From assembly GCA_907165135.1 (NCBI GenBank), contig OU015568.1:5766001-5830000 (forward strand): 64,000 bases of DNA, given 5' to 3'. The translations under genes were made by a program, and so were the position numbers. The DNA is from Oikopleura dioica. Taxonomy: Eukaryota > Animalia > Chordata. This document shows, in pieces, positions 60,105-64,000 of the stretch; the first letter of the stretch is position 1; every line of letters starts with the position of its first letter. The notes below the pieces were generated by a model that saw nothing but the letters and a program-made list of their open reading frames with translations, made no database searches and was not told the origin of the DNA.

Positions 60105-63100
60105 TCACTCCTCGGGGCAAGAAGAATTTATTGGGACAATAATTCCATTCGCGCAGCAGTTTTCGTTGTTGATTTCGAATGTTGATGACTTGGATAAAAA
60201 CAGATTAGCTTGATTCGATCGGTTCATTAAGCCGCTAATTCAAAGTTGATATAATAAACATACCCCACAACAGAAGGCAAAAGGATCGCTGAGATCGTAC
60301 AAATGTCCGCCACAACAACCTTGAATCTGAAAAATGAGAATGAAAATGAGCTCCTTATTGTTTGAAGAAATACCTCTGAATTGTATTTTTTGCTCCCACA
60401 GCAAGAATCTGTCTTCACCAGCTCTACGAATTTGTCTTCGCTGGATCCCATCAGCAACTGCCCGGTGAAAACGGAGGCGAGAAAATCGGGAGAATTAGGA
60501 GCCATGATCTGCTCGTCGTGGAGGGCGAAGACGGAAACGGTGTATTCATCGTAGGGATCGTATTTTTGCCCGGAAAGAGCAAACTAAAAATTTTCATGAA
60601 AAATTTTTTTGAAAGTTTTTTCACCTCTTTTGTATTTTGATTGACGTCCACAATCCATGGTTTTTGATCAATAACGCTGGCAAACGGCGCGAAGACCAAT
60701 CTGTATCCATTTTCCGGCTTCTTTGCTCGCGGATGCTCCCACGTGACCTCCAACTTTGGCTCGCCAAAGATCCCTCTTTTGACTCGCAGCGCTTCTGGAC
60801 GGAGATAGGTGGGTACTTGGCAGTTTTGTTGATGCGGGAAGTGGCCTTTTGCATCCGCAACGGCGACGCTGATGGTTTCTGCTGGGCCCTCGACGTTGTC
60901 CACGACGAATCGGATGCTGATCGTGTAGACCACATTTTGATACAAGCCTTGAAAAAATATAATAATAACAGGCCTCAGCAACCTTTGTAGAATACGGTAT
61001 TCTAAATACCAAAGTCTGATTTTAAGGAGCTAAAATGAAAAGCCGCATAGCGGCATTTTCTAAAAATAAGCCGCGGAGCGGCTTCGATTTCAAAAAAGCC
61101 GCTTAGCGGATTCAAATTTAAGCTCGTCAAAACCTGACTCAGGTCTTCTAGGTAAGATTCCGAACTTAAGAAATAAACTGGGGGTAAAAGTTACCTTCAA
61201 GAGTCGCTTGAGTATCCCAGGCATTGGGAAAGAAAGTCGGCGATTTTGTGTAACCTTGAGGAGTATTCGGCGAGTACTCGATTTTGACTCAAAAAGCTTT
61301 TTTCAAGTGAATATTTTCAACAATCATTTCTTGTTCCGAAGCGTTTTCAATCAATGTCTACCAGACAAACGAACGTCATTTTTCATAAAAACATGAAAAA
61401 AAGAGGGGGCGCCTTAATTTTTCATCACGTTTTTTTTCATAACGAAAAAAGGGCTGGCTCCCGTTTCGTTGTGTGATGAAAATAGTCGGCGTCAGGATAG
61501 GAAGGGTTGTTGACGATAAAAATTCAAAAGGGTTGACGGTGAAAATAGTGATAGAATCACGTTATGTGTTTCAAAATATTGTTGGTGATTAGACACGGTT
61601 TCTCTAATTTTAGACTTATGCTAAAAATCCATTTAACAAGAAACCGCAAGTGCTGTTTTATCAGCCCAAGAGAGGTGATAATGATATCATAATAAATTTA
61701 CATAAAATGTCGATTTTTTAGAAAGATTGAACGCTTCTAAGGTCGAAAACCTGTGTAGAAAACCCGAGTCAGGGTCTGAAAGAGCTCAAATGAAAAGCCC
61801 CGCAGCGGCTTTTTTTAAAAAAGAAGCCGCGAATCGGATCCGCAAATCTGACAATTGCGGCTTCTTTTAAAAAAAGCCGCTGCGGGGCTTTTCCTTTCAG
61901 CTCTTTCAGACCCTGACTCAGGATTTCTGCACAGGTTTTTGACTCGAAATTTTCGGGGAGGTGTCTGGAACCGACAAAAAAATTTCGACAAATTTTGCGT
62001 GGAAATTGTCAACCAATCAGAAGCCTGGATCGGCAAATCATCAGTCGAGTAGCCGCCCACGCAAAATTTGTCGAATATTTTTTTTTGTCGGTTCGAGACA
62101 CCATCCCAAATTTTCGAGCCGAAATCAATATTTTTTGTCTTTAAAAATTTGAAAAAGCTTTCCTGAATCATAGTCAATATTCGGATTTTCCCACCCAACA
62201 ACGACATTCGCTCTTTCCAAATCCGAAATGCTCTCTTCAACAATTTTCAAATTCGCCGGCTTTGGAGGCAACGACGTGACTTTGAAATTCAGCGGCGGGG
62301 ACCAGGCTTCGTTGGTCGGATTTTCGCAATCGTCGCAGGCAACTGATTGGATTTTGTAATCCATTGAGACGCCTTTGCCGATGGTGAGTTGAATGCCTGT
62401 TTCGGTGGTGAAGTAACGCTCATTTTTGTCTCGAGCATTGGTGATGACGTATTGGTCTGGGTCGCCTTGGTCGCCGACGTAGCTTTTGAAGGGTTCAAAT
62501 ATTTTGCCGATCAAACAGGGCGACATGAGGTATCGGCAACCTTTAAAAATACCTGCGTCAGGGCTTAAAAATATTGAATAAAAAGACGCTTAGCGGCTTT
62601 TTTAAAAACGAAGCCGCGAAGCGGCTTCGCAAAATTATTTCTCTGATTAATTTCGAAATTCAGGCGAAGCCGCTTCGCGGCTTCGTTTTCAAAAAAGCCG
62701 CTACGCGGCTTTTTACAAATGAAACCCTGACTCAGGTTTGCTACACCGGTGTCCGATACCGGGTTTTCCCAGCAAAGAATCTTTGAACCCTGGCTTGGAG
62801 GTTGCCATTCGATCCAAACTGTCGAGGAAAATCTTCCAACTGTAACGACCTTTTCGACTGCTCTAGGACTAGTCCACGCGGTGAAAATGCTCTCTTCGCC
62901 TTCATCTGTTTTCGAAACCGGCGTTACGGAAATTTCGTATTTTGTGTGAGGCTTGAGCTTGTCCACGGCCATCGATGGTCGGTCGTTTTTTATTTTGAGC
63001 TTGGAGCGACCGGCTTTTCTGCCAGTATCGCTGTCGGTGATCGTGACTTTCCAGTCGGAAACGGAATCGGATCCGATCGTGTCCCAGTTGAAAAAGAGAC

Positions 63101-63471
63101 GGGTTCCTCGAGTCATGAAAATGTTGAAATTTGTGATGGATGCATCAAGTAATGCATCGGAACCGACTAAATAGCAAATTTTGAGCCAATATTTTTCAGA
63201 AATTCTAGCAAAAAGAGCTCGAGATTGTCGATTTCTCGAAAAAAATCTCTTTCGCACTGATTTTTTACCTGAAAAAACTGACAAAATAGAAGACAGCTTC
63301 ATTTTCTCTGATTTTTCTTTTGAAAATAAAAAAATTTATAAAAGGCGAATTGATAAGAAAGGTCAGCAGCGTAGTGTGAAAGGCTACTGGGGCTAGAAAT
63401 GGGACCGATACGGAGCGCAGCGGCTCCTGAGCGCTGCTTAGTAGAAACATCAACGTGGTCACAACACACAA
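60105..63471 (-). CDS. Secreted fibronectin type III repeat protein with C-terminal CCG (galaxin-like) repeats
   Basis: FN3 motifs (FNWDT...LKPHTKYEISVTP; VGWENP...YDSVKIEY...LEGLYQNVVYTISI; VTWEHP...GYRL) and SCCGSKKY, GCCGGHLY, FCCG, NCCANG. Start codon uncertain. Confidence 0.8.
60971..62759. mobile_element. Three family A MITEs (~60971-61165, ~61741-61940, 62530-62759) and one family B (~61945-62118) in FN3-gene introns
   Basis: Same TIR, TGA(C/G)TCA and AAGCCGC hairpin motifs as the other copies. Confidence 0.8.
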
Positions 63472-64000
63472 CCGAGCAAATCCGGGGGTCCCGATCCCCT
63501 AATGTCTATTTTTCCTTGATACAGCTGAAAACTCACTTCTGATTGATATTTTTTCGTCATTGTATATTTCAATCTTTACTAAAGACGAAAAATTTTAAGT
63601 AAATTTTGCTCATTGAAATCCTTATTTATTTTAAATAAAAAATTCATCAATAAGAACCTTGATAAAAATAAGGGTGTCGAAATCTTATCTTGTTCAAAAT
63701 TCCAGATTCCCATGATCCGACCGCCGCGTCAAAAACTACATTGAATGTTTGAAGTGTTCTTTTTTACTCAGAGTTCGCTTGAAATTTGCCGAGTCTTAAA
63801 ACTGAAATTGTTTTTCCACTAATTCCATTTTTTCGTCATGACAAAAAATTTTCCAGTGATGAATTGAAAGAAATGATTTTTCTGAAATTTTTTCTCTTGA
63901 ATATAGCTGTTGGGGAATTACAGTCAGAGAATTTTAGTAGGAGAAGAGTAAGAAGACAAGAACTGCCAGAAGAACCGGATAAAGAAGATGTAACTACTGA

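Noticed and set aside
1-64000. rRNA, tRNA, snRNA or spliced-leader RNA genes
   Set aside because: None recognised by eye; a covariance-model search (tRNAscan-SE, Infernal) would be needed to exclude them.

Overview
Compact, AT-rich, gene-dense eukaryotic DNA, not prokaryotic. Many 35-80 nt introns, several homology-supported GA-AG/GC-AG introns and chordate-type genes suggest a larvacean tunicate (Oikopleura dioica-like); this is inference. About 24 protein-coding loci were reconstructed by hand: FoxM1-like, TPP1/CLN2-like, sepiapterin reductase-like SDR, ATP10-like P4-ATPase, GST, thioredoxin-like, a divergent Hv1-like voltage-sensor protein, a kringle/EGF serine protease, Sushi-ZP, CUB, RING and FN3/galaxin-like proteins, two MFSD8-like transporters, a disrupted TM-kinase-papain-like gene, a three-member family of small Cys proteins and a 38-aa metallothionein-like gene missed by the ORF track. 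The window is dense in DNA transposons: an intact-looking MULE nested in another TIR element, a deleted pogo-like element, hAT-like, TA-flanked and TTAA-flanked MITEs, and two multi-copy hairpin MITE families. Main signals: (i) non-GT introns, many ending in A-rich AAAAG, two of which can only be read as A(A/T)-AG or GA-AA; (ii) three TSD-flanked elements inside coding exons, one able in principle to be spliced in frame; (iii) introns with terminal inverted repeats. Exon models and coordinates were read by eye and may be off by a few bases.
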